64,000 nt of DNA from Bacteroidales bacterium (GCA_028680705.1 JAQUJY010000005.1:58-64057); one strand, 5' to 3'; counted from the stretch's first letter, positions 28,382 to 38,612 are shown. A program made the numbers and translations. Notes: a model not told the origin generated them from the sequence alone.

Positions 28382-29536
28382 TCATGTTAATTTTTTTAAT
28401 GCTTGCAGCCAACGATCGGGAACATCTCCATTACTTGCCTTTTTATAATCGTTGTAGGAGCAAGCTAAAATATGACTAGCGTGTTTTTCTGATTCGGGGA
28501 TCTCGATCCACCAAGTGTCGTTAAGGGTATTATGCAAAAATATTAAATCGACGTTGGGAATAGGACTATTTATGTAATATCTTTTTACACCTTCTGTTGA
28601 TGGGGTAATGTTAAAACTCGTCTTTTTTTGGTTAAACGCATCTACAAAGTGCCAAATTATCTGCGCAGCCAGATGGCAACTTTGATGGTTTAGGTCGCTA
28701 ATAGTATTGAGTTCGAAAACTCCAAAAACCTTTACTCTAGGACTAAGCCCGGCATATCGTGATAGTTGACAAACCTCTTCGGAGTAAAATCCGTTGGGTG
28801 ATGGGTAAATACTTCCAGGGGAGTCACTCTGCTTAATGCACCCCATATCGAAGCTTACTATATCGGAATCGCGGAGGGTTGGTTCTACTTCAGCCATAGA
28901 GCTTCGGACATATCCTAGTCTGTAAAATTCGTGATTTTTATTTTGCAACAATTTAATATGATGATTATTAACAAGATATCCCTGGAAGCCGATAAAATTT
29001 AGGTTAAAAAGTTTATCGGGACTTTCAGCAATTAGCTTATCGGCAAAGCATGTTGAGGAGAAATCACCATCGTTATCTCCAAGGTCAATGCTATGGTCGG
29101 CAATGCTTAGGTTAACCTGCCCTTGATTTTCAAGTATAGCCTGATAAATTGGCCATGTTATTTCCTGGGTTCCGCCAAGGACAATTACCGTAGCTCCTTT
29201 ACTGGTTAGAAAGGCAATAACATCGCGAACAGCCATGTAGGTGTCAGCCGGGCTTGCTGTTTGCTTTAGGTTACCAAGATCAACTAGACTCTTTTTAATG
29301 GAAGCCCCTGATAATGCATAAAGAAATTTACGAATGCCCTCTGGAGCATTTGTAGCTCCAGGGTTGTTCGAGTTTCTGCTTTCGGCTACCCCGAAAATCA
29401 CCAATGTATTATTGTCTATGGTTAAGTTTTCGGTTATAGATGCTTTGTTTAGCTTTCCAAACAAGGAGGCATCTTTACTTAACCCTAGGGGGTTTGGGAA
29501 TGCTTCTGATGGATCGAAGTAGTGGGCAAGGTTCAT
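28382..29536 (-). CDS. Arginase/formiminoglutamase-fold family protein with atypical metal-site motifs
   Basis: GATNAPEGIRKFL, VLGGTQEIT, ADHSIDLGD and SFDMGCIKQSDSPG align by eye with the ureohydrolase motifs (GGDHS, DAHxD, SxDxDxxDP), but with substitutions. Its ATG overlaps the topA stop (ATGA). Confidence 0.55.
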   Translation of the reverse strand: MNLAHYFDPSEAFPNPLGLSKDASLFGKLNKASITENLTIDNNTLVIFGVAESRNSNNPGATNAPEGIRKFLYALSGASIKKSLVDLGNLKQTASPADTYMAVRDVIAFLTSKGATVIVLGGTQEITWPIYQAILENQGQVNLSIADHSIDLGDNDGDFSSTCFADKLIAESPDKLFNLNFIGFQGYLVNNHHIKLLQNKNHEFYRLGYVRSSMAEVEPTLRDSDIVSFDMGCIKQSDSPGSIYPSPNGFYSEEVCQLSRYAGLSPRVKVFGVFELNTISDLNHQSCHLAAQIIWHFVDAFNQKKTSFNITPSTEGVKRYYINSPIPNVDLIFLHNTLNDTWWIEIPESEKHASHILACSYNDYKKASNGDVPDRWLQALKKLT

Positions 29537-31863
29537 TTTTTTGTTTTCCGTTTAGTTGTTGCCTTGCCCTTTCTGCTCTTTGATGCAGGTTGGCTCTCCA
29601 CAATTTTCAGACAATCATCGTACGTAAGATCTTTTGCAACCGTATCCTTTGGTATTTTATAGTTTTTCGATTTGTATTTGATGTATGCTCCCCATCGGCC
29701 ATTGAGAACTTCCATTTCGGGATCGTTATCGAAACTTTTGATATACTTCTCTTTTTCCTTTTGTCTATGCTCTTCAATTAGTTCAATGGCTCTTTGGAGT
29801 TCTATTTCCAGAGGGTCGTCCGTTTTCTTTAGAGAAGTGAATTTTGAGTTATGTCTAACGTAGGGGCCAAAACGACCAACGCCAATTACTACATCTTTAT
29901 CTTCGTATTGTCCAACGGTTCGTGGTAACTTAAAGAGTTCTAGTGCTTCTTCAAGGGTAATCGATTCGATTAACTGCCCTTTAAGGAGGCTGGCAAACTG
30001 TGGCTTTTCATCTTCCTTGTCTTTGCCTTCACCAATTTGGGCCAATGGTCCAAAACGGCCAATTCGCACGATAACTGGTTTTCCAGTTTTTGGGTCGGTA
30101 CCAAGTGTCCTTTCGCCCTTGGAGTAATCCGATTCCTTTAGGGTTTTTTCAACAGTTTTATGAAAAGGTTTGTAAAACCTGTCAATCATATCAGCCCATT
30201 CTAGATTTCCAATGGCTATTTCGTCAAACTCCTTTTCAACGGTTGCTGTAAAGTTGTAGTCTACAATTTTTGTGAAATGCTCTACCAAAAAATCATTTAC
30301 AACCATTCCGATATCACTGGGGAAAAGTTTTGATTTTTCAGTACCATGTATTTCGGTTTTGTTCGCTTCGGTGATATCACCTTTTTTAAGAATTAGCACC
30401 TTATATTCTCTTTCAGTTCCGTCTCTATCCTCTTTTAGGACATATCCTCTTGAGACTATTGTAGAGAGAGTGGGAGCATAGGTGGAAGGTCGACCAATGC
30501 CAAGTTCTTCAAGTTTTTTTACCAAGCTTGCTTCTGCATAGCGAGGTGGACGTTGAGTAAAACGTTCGGTTGCACTAATTTCTAAAGCCTTTAGCATTTC
30601 GCCAGCCTTAAGCGGTGGTAGCATATCCTTGGCAGTATCTTCGTTCTCATCGTCGGTAGATTCAAAGTAAACCCTTAAGAAACCATCAAAGAGTAAAACT
30701 TCACCCGATGCGATAAACTTATTTTCTGATGTGGATATGTCTATGGTTGCTGTTGTTTTTTCAAGTTTAGCATCGCTCATTTGTGAAGCAACGGTTCTTT
30801 TCCAGATTAAATCGTAGAGACGTTGTTCAGACCTATTACCAGCTATCTTCTGTTTTTCAAGATAGGTTGGCCTAATGGCTTCGTGTGCTTCTTGTGCTCC
30901 TTTTGATTTAGTTTTGTATGCTCTTACCTGATGGTATTTCTCCCCATATTCACTAGTAATAACATTTTGCGCCCCTTGTATAGCATTTGCCGATAGGGTA
31001 ACAGAGTCGGTACGCATGTAGGTTATGTGCCCTGCCTCATAAAGCCTTTGCGCAACGGTCATTGTTTGTGAAACAGAGAAACTGAGTTTTCGGCTAGCCT
31101 CTTGCTGAAGTGTTGAGGTTGTAAAGGGTGGCGCGGGACTCCTTTTTGAGGGTTTTTTGGTAACATCGGATATTTTATACTCAGCCGATTTGCAGTCGGC
31201 AAGGAATTCTGATGCTTTTTTTACCGAATCGAGTCTAGTGTTTAACTCAGCCTTTAGTTTTGCGTTGCCCTCAAAGATACCTGCAACCCTAAAAAAAGAG
31301 TTGGTTTTAAAGTTGATTATTTCACGTTCGCGCTCAACAACTAATCTTACTGCAACGGATTGAACTCTACCTGCAGAGAGCGATGGTTTTACCTTCCTCC
31401 AAAGTATTGGAGATACCTCAAAACCTACAATTCTATCGAGTATACGTCTAGCTTGTTGTGCATTAACCAAATCGTAGTTTATGCTTCTAGGGTTTTTTAC
31501 TGCATTTTCAATTGCCTCTTTCGTAATCTCATGAAACACAATCCTCTTGGTTTTATCAGGATCTAATTTTAGTACTTCGCTCAGATGCCATGCAATAGCT
31601 TCTCCCTCTCTATCCTCATCAGATGCAAGCCAAACAGTTGAAGAAGTTTTGGCAAGTTTTTTAAGCTCATCAACTATCTTAGTTTTATCGGGGCTAACAA
31701 TATACTCTGGTTGGTAGTTATCATTGACATTTACACCTAGTTGTTTTTTTGATAGATCACGAATATGCCCAAAACTCGACTTTACAGTAAAATCTTTCCC
31801 GAGAAATTTTTCAATGGTTTTGGCTTTGGAAGGGGACTCAACTATCACAAGGTTCTTTATCAT
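29533..31863 (-). CDS. topA: DNA topoisomerase I
   Basis: Toprim start MIKNLVIVESPSKAKTIEKFLG and active-site region GHITYMRTDS. The basic C-terminal tail has repeated GRFGP motifs. The start is set at the internal ATG (31863) that begins the conserved N-terminus, not the ORF-track start at 31911. Confidence 0.95.
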   Translation of the reverse strand: MIKNLVIVESPSKAKTIEKFLGKDFTVKSSFGHIRDLSKKQLGVNVNDNYQPEYIVSPDKTKIVDELKKLAKTSSTVWLASDEDREGEAIAWHLSEVLKLDPDKTKRIVFHEITKEAIENAVKNPRSINYDLVNAQQARRILDRIVGFEVSPILWRKVKPSLSAGRVQSVAVRLVVEREREIINFKTNSFFRVAGIFEGNAKLKAELNTRLDSVKKASEFLADCKSAEYKISDVTKKPSKRSPAPPFTTSTLQQEASRKLSFSVSQTMTVAQRLYEAGHITYMRTDSVTLSANAIQGAQNVITSEYGEKYHQVRAYKTKSKGAQEAHEAIRPTYLEKQKIAGNRSEQRLYDLIWKRTVASQMSDAKLEKTTATIDISTSENKFIASGEVLLFDGFLRVYFESTDDENEDTAKDMLPPLKAGEMLKALEISATERFTQRPPRYAEASLVKKLEELGIGRPSTYAPTLSTIVSRGYVLKEDRDGTEREYKVLILKKGDITEANKTEIHGTEKSKLFPSDIGMVVNDFLVEHFTKIVDYNFTATVEKEFDEIAIGNLEWADMIDRFYKPFHKTVEKTLKESDYSKGERTLGTDPKTGKPVIVRIGRFGPLAQIGEGKDKEDEKPQFASLLKGQLIESITLEEALELFKLPRTVGQYEDKDVVIGVGRFGPYVRHNSKFTSLKKTDDPLEIELQRAIELIEEHRQKEKEKYIKSFDNDPEMEVLNGRWGAYIKYKSKNYKIPKDTVAKDLTYDDCLKIVESQPASKSRKGKATTKRKTKK

Positions 31864-32074
31864 TATGCTTTTCTTATAATTATGGTATAAAATTGGGACA
31901 AAGTAAAACAATTAGCGGTCGAACTACAAAATTTATTTTTCAATATTACTATATTTAACTCAAAAAGCTCCTTCGAAAAGTTTCATATACACTGGTTTTG
32001 TTTAATCTTAATGTTCGTTAACATATCATCTATATTTTATTATTAACTTTACGCTCGTACAAAAACAATGCTTT

Positions 32075-34432
32075 ATGGCCAGTAGGAGCAACTTTTATGG
32101 TAAGTTTCAGCTTTGGTTTTGGGGTCTTTTTGCCTTTGCATGGGTTCTGGTTATCAGTTTATTTGTGCTTATTGGCTTAGAGTTTTTCGGACCTCTTCCA
32201 ACATTTGAGGAACTTGAGAATCCAAATAGCAACTTGGCATCGGAGATTTACTCTGAAGACCACGAATTGCTTGGCTATTATTACAAGGAGTTTAGGCATA
32301 GTCTAAATTTTGAGGATTTATCCCCAAATCTTATTGATGCACTTCTTGCTACAGAGGACATTCGGTTCTATAGCCACTCAGGCGTTGATGCCCGAGGTAT
32401 AGCAAGGGTGATGGTGAAAACCATTGTTATGCAGCATTCGAGAAGTGGGGGAGGGAGCACAATTACTCAACAGTTAGCAAAGAACTTGTTCCCCCGCGAT
32501 ACGGTTTATCGCCGTAATACCATTGCAAGAAAATCAAACCTTTTGGTAACAAAGTTTAAGGAGTGGATTACAGCTGTAAAACTTGAAAGGAACTACACGA
32601 AAAATGAGATAATGGCAATGTATTTTAATACTGTTGCCTTTGGGAGTAACTCGTTTGGTATAAAGGCTGCCGCAAAAACCTTTTTTAATACAACACCCGA
32701 TTCGTTAAACGTTCAGCAAGCCGCACTTCTGGTGGGAGTTGTTAATGCACCCACTCGATACAGCCCAGTTCGTAATCCAGAGCGATCATTGGCTAGGCGC
32801 AATTTTGTTATATCGCAAATGGCAAAATATGGTTTTATTACTCCCGAGATAAGAGATTCTGTTGCTGTAATTCCGATTGAACTTAACTACAGGGTTCAAG
32901 ATCACAACGAGGGATTAGCCACATATTTTAGGGAGACCTTAAGAACAATATTATCCGCAAGCGAACCAAATTATAAGAATTACTATTTATATTCATTTTA
33001 TAAAGAGGATTCTATTCAGTGGGCTAACAATCCGCTTTATGGATGGTGCAACAAAAACTTAAAACCCGACGGTTCTCCTTATAATTTATATAGGGATGGC
33101 TTAAAGATATACACGACAATCAATGGGAGGATGCAGAAATTTGCCGAAGAGGCTGTAGAGGAACACTTGGGAGATTATTTGCAACCAGCCTTTGATCAAG
33201 AGCAGAGGGAGCGGGAAAATCGTCTATTTCATGATGATTTAACCAACGATCAGATTGAGGCAATCCTACTTCAGGCAATGAGGCAAACAGAACGCTATAG
33301 GGTACTTAGGAACAATAAAGTTTCTATGGATAGCATAAAGAGGCATTTTAACACCAAGGTTCCCATGAGGGTTTTTTCATGGGAGGGTGAACGCGATACT
33401 TTGCTTTCGCCTCTAGATTCAATCAAATACTATAAGCGTCATCTACGGGCAGGTTTTATGGCTATGGATCCGCATACAGGATATATTAAAGCATGGGTAG
33501 GTGGGCCTAATCATAAATATTTTAAGTATGACCATGTGAAGCAAGGGAAAAGGCAGGTGGGTTCAACAATCAAACCTTTCCTTTACACTTTGGCAATGCA
33601 GGAGGGCTATTCGCCTTGCCAAAAGGTGCCAAACGTACCGCAAACCTTTAGTGTTAACGACTCAATATGGAGTCCTCGTAACTCAGGGAAATCTGAATAT
33701 GATGGTCAAATGGTTACGCTTAAATGGGGTTTGGCAAATTCGGTTAACAATATCTCAGCATGGCTAATGAAGCAGTTTAACCCGAGAGCGCTGGTGGAGA
33801 TAACCCAAAAAATGGGTATAACAAGCCAGATTGATCCTGTTGTTTCTGTTTTTCTTGGAACCCCAGAATTGTCCTTGCATGAAATGGTGGGCGCATACGG
33901 AACATTTGCAAACAAAGGTGTTCATACAGATCCTTTAATGGTTACAAGGATTGAGGATAAGAATGGTAACGTTTTGGCAACATTTCATCCGCAGCGCAAC
34001 GAGGCCATTAGCGAGCAAACAGCGTACTTAATGCTAAACCTTTTGGAGGAGGTTGTGAATAGGGGTACAGGCATTAGGCTTAGATATAGATATAATTTAC
34101 ACGGGCCAATAGGTGGTAAAACGGGTACAACTCAGAATAATTCCGACGGGTGGTTTATGGGTATTGTTCCCAATTTGGTTGGTGGTGTATGGGTAGGTGC
34201 TGAGGATAGATCGGTTCGCTTCCAAACTATTACCATGGGCCAGGGTGCAAATATGGCATTGCCTATTTATGCACTTTTTCTCGAAAAGGTATTCAACGAT
34301 GGCCATTTGGGTGTAAGCCCAACTGACGAATGGGATAAGCCTTTAGGGGGATTAACAGTGAATATCGATTGTGACGAGCAGATTATCTCGAATAAAAATC
34401 AATTTGGGGCTTCTGAGGATGAATTCTTTTAG
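32075..34432 (+). CDS. mrcA: Penicillin-binding protein 1A (bifunctional transglycosylase/transpeptidase)
   Basis: GT51 motifs EDIRFYSHSGVD, GGSTITQQLAKN and RKSNLLVTKFKE. Transpeptidase motifs STIKP and KTGTT. Confidence 0.9.
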   Translation: MASRSNFYGKFQLWFWGLFAFAWVLVISLFVLIGLEFFGPLPTFEELENPNSNLASEIYSEDHELLGYYYKEFRHSLNFEDLSPNLIDALLATEDIRFYSHSGVDARGIARVMVKTIVMQHSRSGGGSTITQQLAKNLFPRDTVYRRNTIARKSNLLVTKFKEWITAVKLERNYTKNEIMAMYFNTVAFGSNSFGIKAAAKTFFNTTPDSLNVQQAALLVGVVNAPTRYSPVRNPERSLARRNFVISQMAKYGFITPEIRDSVAVIPIELNYRVQDHNEGLATYFRETLRTILSASEPNYKNYYLYSFYKEDSIQWANNPLYGWCNKNLKPDGSPYNLYRDGLKIYTTINGRMQKFAEEAVEEHLGDYLQPAFDQEQRERENRLFHDDLTNDQIEAILLQAMRQTERYRVLRNNKVSMDSIKRHFNTKVPMRVFSWEGERDTLLSPLDSIKYYKRHLRAGFMAMDPHTGYIKAWVGGPNHKYFKYDHVKQGKRQVGSTIKPFLYTLAMQEGYSPCQKVPNVPQTFSVNDSIWSPRNSGKSEYDGQMVTLKWGLANSVNNISAWLMKQFNPRALVEITQKMGITSQIDPVVSVFLGTPELSLHEMVGAYGTFANKGVHTDPLMVTRIEDKNGNVLATFHPQRNEAISEQTAYLMLNLLEEVVNRGTGIRLRYRYNLHGPIGGKTGTTQNNSDGWFMGIVPNLVGGVWVGAEDRSVRFQTITMGQGANMALPIYALFLEKVFNDGHLGVSPTDEWDKPLGGLTVNIDCDEQIISNKNQFGASEDEFF

Positions 34433-36117
34433 AGATTTTTTCCGGGAATTGCTTTAATAAGTTTTTTTGTATAGGCCGATTTAGGGTTTGTATACAGCTC
34501 GTCAGCAAATCCTACTTCAACAATTTCTCCCTTATACATCACTAGTATTCTGTTGCTCATATATTTTACTACGGTAAGATCGTGGGATATGAAAAGGTAG
34601 GTGAGGTTCAGATCGCGCTTTAGCCTATTTAGCAGGTTTAGAATATGTGCCTGAATTGAAACATCGAGGGCCGAAACCATCTCGTCGCATACCAAAACCT
34701 TAGGATTAACGGTTAAGGCGCGTGCTATTGCAATGCGTTGTCGTTGGCCGCCCGAAAATTCATGAGGGTAGCGGTAAAAACTATCAGTTGGCATTGATAC
34801 CATTTCAAGCATTTCCATGGCCCTTTGGCGTAGCGCTTTTTGGCCAGAGGCCAAATTGTAAAACTTAATGGGTTCCATTAGCATCTGACCAATGGTATGT
34901 CTGGGGTTTAACGAGGAGAAGGGATCTTGAAAAACCAATTGTACCTCTTGTCTGAATTGTTTAATCTCACTGCGTGTCATGTTTATCAGTGAATTACCTT
35001 TGTATAGTATCTCGCCATTGGCTATGGGAGTTAAACCTAGTATTGCTCTACCTAAGGTTGTTTTTCCGCAGCCCGATTCGCCAACTAGTCCCAGTGTTTC
35101 GTTGGGATAAAGGTCAACATTCAGGTTGTTTACAGCAAAAAACTGTTCCTTTGGGTTACCCCAAAAGTTTTTTTTAGTGATATAGCTGACGCTTAGGTTG
35201 CTGATATGCAAAAGCGGGTCCCCGGTAGGAATTAAATTTTGGGTATTCGTAATGTTCTCTGCCGCTTTATCTTGTGAAGGCAACCAATCGTTTTTGTCCA
35301 CAAAGTCTTGTATGGTATGTAATCGGAATGGGCGTGAGTCCATAGGTGGCCTGCACTTTATTAGACCTTTGGTGTAATTATGTTTTGGGTTTGAGAGCAG
35401 AGTTGAGGTTTGCCCTATTTCCACCATCTCGCCATCCTTAAGTACAATAAGCCTTTCCGATATTTCTTTAACAACGCCCAAATCGTGGCTAATAAAGATT
35501 AGGCTCATGCTTCGCTGGCTCACAATTCGCTTTAGTAACCCGATTATTTCTTGCTGAACGGTAACGTCAAGTGCAGTTGTTGGTTCATCGGCAATGAGCA
35601 GTAATGGATTACCAGCCAGTGCCATAGCAATCATTACCCGTTGCTTTTGGCCTCCACTTAGCTGATGTGGATAACTGGTAAAAACCTTCAAGGGGTTAGG
35701 CAGCATCATCTCCTCAAAAAGAGTGATGCATTTTTGCTTAGCCTCGCTGGTTTTAAGACTATTGTGAAGAATTAGTGCTTCAACAACTTGCTCTCCACAC
35801 CTCATCGATGGGTTTAGTGAGGTCATTGGTTCTTGAAAAATCATGGAGACAATCTTTCCCCTAACTTTTCGGTGTTGCTCGCTGTTGGCTCTAACTAAAT
35901 CTATTTGCTGCTGGTTATTGTATTTAAGAATTATTTTACCAGTTGTGATTTTTGCACTTTGGGGTAAAAGACCCATAATACTGAGGGCAGTAATAGACTT
36001 GCCCGACCCAGACTCGCCCACAATCCCCACCGACTCACCCTTTGAAATGGTGAAACTTAGGTTTTTCAGAACCGTTTCTTGGTTAAATGCTATTGATAAG
36101 TTTTCGATACTAAGCAT
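34429..36117 (-). CDS. ABC transporter ATP-binding protein with two tandem nucleotide-binding domains (Dpp/Opp/YejF-like)
   Basis: Two Walker A motifs (GESGSGKS, GESGCGKT), two signature motifs (LSGGQKQR, FSGGQRQR) and two Walker B motifs (LLIADEPT, VLVCDEMV). Confidence 0.85.
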   Translation of the reverse strand: MLSIENLSIAFNQETVLKNLSFTISKGESVGIVGESGSGKSITALSIMGLLPQSAKITTGKIILKYNNQQQIDLVRANSEQHRKVRGKIVSMIFQEPMTSLNPSMRCGEQVVEALILHNSLKTSEAKQKCITLFEEMMLPNPLKVFTSYPHQLSGGQKQRVMIAMALAGNPLLLIADEPTTALDVTVQQEIIGLLKRIVSQRSMSLIFISHDLGVVKEISERLIVLKDGEMVEIGQTSTLLSNPKHNYTKGLIKCRPPMDSRPFRLHTIQDFVDKNDWLPSQDKAAENITNTQNLIPTGDPLLHISNLSVSYITKKNFWGNPKEQFFAVNNLNVDLYPNETLGLVGESGCGKTTLGRAILGLTPIANGEILYKGNSLINMTRSEIKQFRQEVQLVFQDPFSSLNPRHTIGQMLMEPIKFYNLASGQKALRQRAMEMLEMVSMPTDSFYRYPHEFSGGQRQRIAIARALTVNPKVLVCDEMVSALDVSIQAHILNLLNRLKRDLNLTYLFISHDLTVVKYMSNRILVMYKGEIVEVGFADELYTNPKSAYTKKLIKAIPGKNL

Positions 36118-36139
36118 TATTGAAACTTGATTGGCAAGG

Positions 36140-37375
36140 TTAAAGGTTTCCCTTATGCTCCTGTTTAAAAATACGCTGGGTTATAATCCTAACCGGGAAT
36201 CGTGCAGCAAAAAAGCCAATGGCTATCACCACAGCAAGTATAATGGCAATGTCAAAGGTTTGAATATCCACAGGGTAAGCATCAACTATAAAACCACCAA
36301 CCCCTTCGAGTTTCACCAACTTAAAGGTAATCTGAAGCCAACAAATAAAGACACCTAAAATGGCTCCGATAATGGTACCAGCAAAGGAAATCAAAAGCCC
36401 TTCGGCTAAAAAAATCTTCTGTATTTGCTTGCTATTGGCCCCAAGGCTTCTGAGGGTTTCAACATCTTTTCGCTTATCAATTATGAGCATGGACAGGGTT
36501 CCTACTATATTAAATGATGCGATGAATAGAATGAGGACTAGGATTAATCCAATGGCTAACTTTTCCGATTTCATTGTTCGGTACAGAGATTCGTTTTGCT
36601 GAAAACGGTTAAGAACCCTGAAGGTTGGTCCAAGTAGCTCCTCAATCTCCTTTTGTGTTTTTGAGGTATTCGCATTTGGTACTAGCATCAGCTCAATGGA
36701 TGTAACTTCAGTTTGGTAGTCCAACAGTTTTCGAGTAAACTCAATTGGGGTAATAATGTATTGCGAGTCAAAATCTGGTTCGATGGCAAAAACTCCCGAG
36801 GGCATTATAGCTTTAGATGTGAGCACTGATGCTGTAGTGAAAGTTGGCATTCGCCCCCTGCGTGGCATGAATATTTCAATGGGGTCGAAGTGGGCAAGCT
36901 TTGCATTAAGGTAACCAGCAATTCCCTGTCCCATTATGGCAAGCGGTTGGCTTCCTCTCCAGAGCAAAAACTCGCCGTCAATCATCATAGAGTCAATTCC
37001 AGTTTGCTCAGGATAGTTACGGCTAACCCCTTTTATTGTGCCAATATGTTGACGTTTATTGTACCTAAATATTGCATTCTCCTCAAGAATCTCTGAGAAA
37101 ACGGCCACTGATTGATGTGCCCGCAATGCTTCGATTTCAGGAAGCGTATCGGAGAATGTTTTGCCCTCAACCAGAACAATCTTTAAATCCGAGTCAAATG
37201 TTGAGAACATGCTCCTGATTAGCGAATCGAAGCCGTTGAATACCGAGAGTACAACTACTAGGGCCATAACCCCAGTTGCCATTCCAAGCACTGAAATTAT
37301 TGAGATGATGTTGATAATGTTATGCGATTTTTTTGCAAATAGATACCTGCGCGCTATGTAAAGGGCAAAGTTCAT
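36140..37375 (-). CDS. FtsX/LolE-family ABC permease (lipoprotein-releasing system type)
   Basis: MNFALYIARRYLFAKK is a typical LolC/E N-terminus. It has a large periplasmic domain and a C-terminal FtsX-like 3-TM bundle. The start is set at ATG 37375, which overlaps the upstream gene's stop as TAATG. Confidence 0.8.
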   Translation of the reverse strand: MNFALYIARRYLFAKKSHNIINIISIISVLGMATGVMALVVVLSVFNGFDSLIRSMFSTFDSDLKIVLVEGKTFSDTLPEIEALRAHQSVAVFSEILEENAIFRYNKRQHIGTIKGVSRNYPEQTGIDSMMIDGEFLLWRGSQPLAIMGQGIAGYLNAKLAHFDPIEIFMPRRGRMPTFTTASVLTSKAIMPSGVFAIEPDFDSQYIITPIEFTRKLLDYQTEVTSIELMLVPNANTSKTQKEIEELLGPTFRVLNRFQQNESLYRTMKSEKLAIGLILVLILFIASFNIVGTLSMLIIDKRKDVETLRSLGANSKQIQKIFLAEGLLISFAGTIIGAILGVFICWLQITFKLVKLEGVGGFIVDAYPVDIQTFDIAIILAVVIAIGFFAARFPVRIITQRIFKQEHKGNL

Positions 37376-38157
37376 TACTGTTCGGTTAGGGGTTTTACAC
37401 AAAGGTAAACTATCTCGTCAGCGGGTAAAGCGTATCTTCTGACTAAATCGGCGGGGAGGTTTTGGACAAATTTATCGGCTGTCACAATAAACCCTGCATC
37501 CTTTAAGCGGTTTGGGTAATCGGAACCGTAAAGCCTTACATGGTCGCGTTGGCCATAGTGCAGTTCTCGCAGCTTAGGTGTGTTGATGGTTTCATCTTCA
37601 AGCGTTTGGTCAATTGAGTAATCAATTGGAACCTGAAAAATGCCAAACCCTCCGGGTTTCATCACCCTAAACAATTCACGGAGTGCTTGCTTATCGTCTG
37701 TAACGTGCTCGAGTACGTGGTTACAAAGGATTATGTTGAACAGGTTATCTTCAAAAGGCATATTTTGCACATCAAGCTTAACCTCTGCCCAAGGCGATAT
37801 TAAATCGGCAGTGATATAGGTAAGGTTTTTCATTTTTTTAAACCGCTTTAAAAAGCAGTACTCAGGGGCAATGTGTAAAAATTTTTGCTCTTGGGTAAAA
37901 AAATTGGTACGCTCTTTTAGGTATAGCCAAAGCAGTCGATGCCTTTCTAGCGACATGGAGTGTGGGGCCAATGCATTTGGGCGCGATTGGATTCGCCCGT
38001 ATGGCAGAAGTTTTCGATACTTTATTCCCGTAATGGGGTCTTCAAATTTGTTTCCCAGATAAAAAACCCCAACTATTTTCAGAATAAATGCAGAGAAACG
38101 CTGAAGGTGATGCCGTGGAATAAATCGACTGACAAAGGAGATAAAAGAACGTATCAT
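37375..38157 (-). CDS. Class I SAM-dependent methyltransferase
   Basis: FLHIAPE..., DLISPWAEVKLDVQNMPFEDNLFNIILCNHVLEHV and VMKPGGFGIFQVP are Methyltransf_11-like motifs. Confidence 0.75.
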   Translation of the reverse strand: MIRSFISFVSRFIPRHHLQRFSAFILKIVGVFYLGNKFEDPITGIKYRKLLPYGRIQSRPNALAPHSMSLERHRLLWLYLKERTNFFTQEQKFLHIAPEYCFLKRFKKMKNLTYITADLISPWAEVKLDVQNMPFEDNLFNIILCNHVLEHVTDDKQALRELFRVMKPGGFGIFQVPIDYSIDQTLEDETINTPKLRELHYGQRDHVRLYGSDYPNRLKDAGFIVTADKFVQNLPADLVRRYALPADEIVYLCVKPLTEQ

Positions 38158-38160
38158 TAA

Positions 38161-38514
38161 CTATTTTTTTAGTAAATTGTCAATGTGTTCAATATAGTCC
38201 AAGGAGTCGTCGATGAAGAATTGTAAATCGGGAACAATGCGCATTTGGTTTTTTATGCGTTGCCCTAACTCGTGTCTTACCGTTTTCTTATTCTCTTTAA
38301 TAGCAGCAAAAACCTCTTCCTTGCCTTTGGTTGGGAATATGCTTAGGTAAACCTTGGCGATGCCCAAATCGGGGCTAACCCTTACGGCGGTTACAGTAAT
38401 CATTCGTCCTTGGAAAATGGATTGCGACTGGCGCTGAAATATTTCACCTAAATCTTTCTGTATTTGGCGATTTACTTTGTTTAAACGTGTTCCTTCCATG
38501 TCCTTATCCTCCAA
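38161..38514 (-). CDS. rbfA: Ribosome-binding factor A
   Basis: RLNKVNRQIQKDLGEIF ... VTAVRVSPDLGIAKVYLS ... PDLQFFIDDS is the RbfA signature. Confidence 0.85.
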   Translation of the reverse strand: MEDKDMEGTRLNKVNRQIQKDLGEIFQRQSQSIFQGRMITVTAVRVSPDLGIAKVYLSIFPTKGKEEVFAAIKENKKTVRHELGQRIKNQMRIVPDLQFFIDDSLDYIEHIDNLLKK

Positions 38515-38604
38515 TTATTTTTACAAAGATAGCTTTTTGCTTTTAACTCTTTCTGGTTGATGAGCACTATTCTAGATTAGTGCAAAACCCAAAAAAATGT
38601 TTTA

Positions 38605-38612
38605 TATCTTTG
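38605..38612 (+). promoter_or_regulatory. Candidate -7 promoter box (TATCTTTG) for trpS
   Basis: Matches TAnnTTTG. Lies 30 nt upstream of ATG 38642. Confidence 0.3.

Noticed and set aside
31864-31911. Upstream extensions given by the ORF track for topA, and similarly for dcm 51627..51674, lolE-like 37376..37402, PAP2-like 56239..56316 and radical SAM 58714..58737
   Set aside because: In each case the conserved family N-terminus begins at an internal ATG. The extension either overlaps the upstream gene or contains a promoter-like box.
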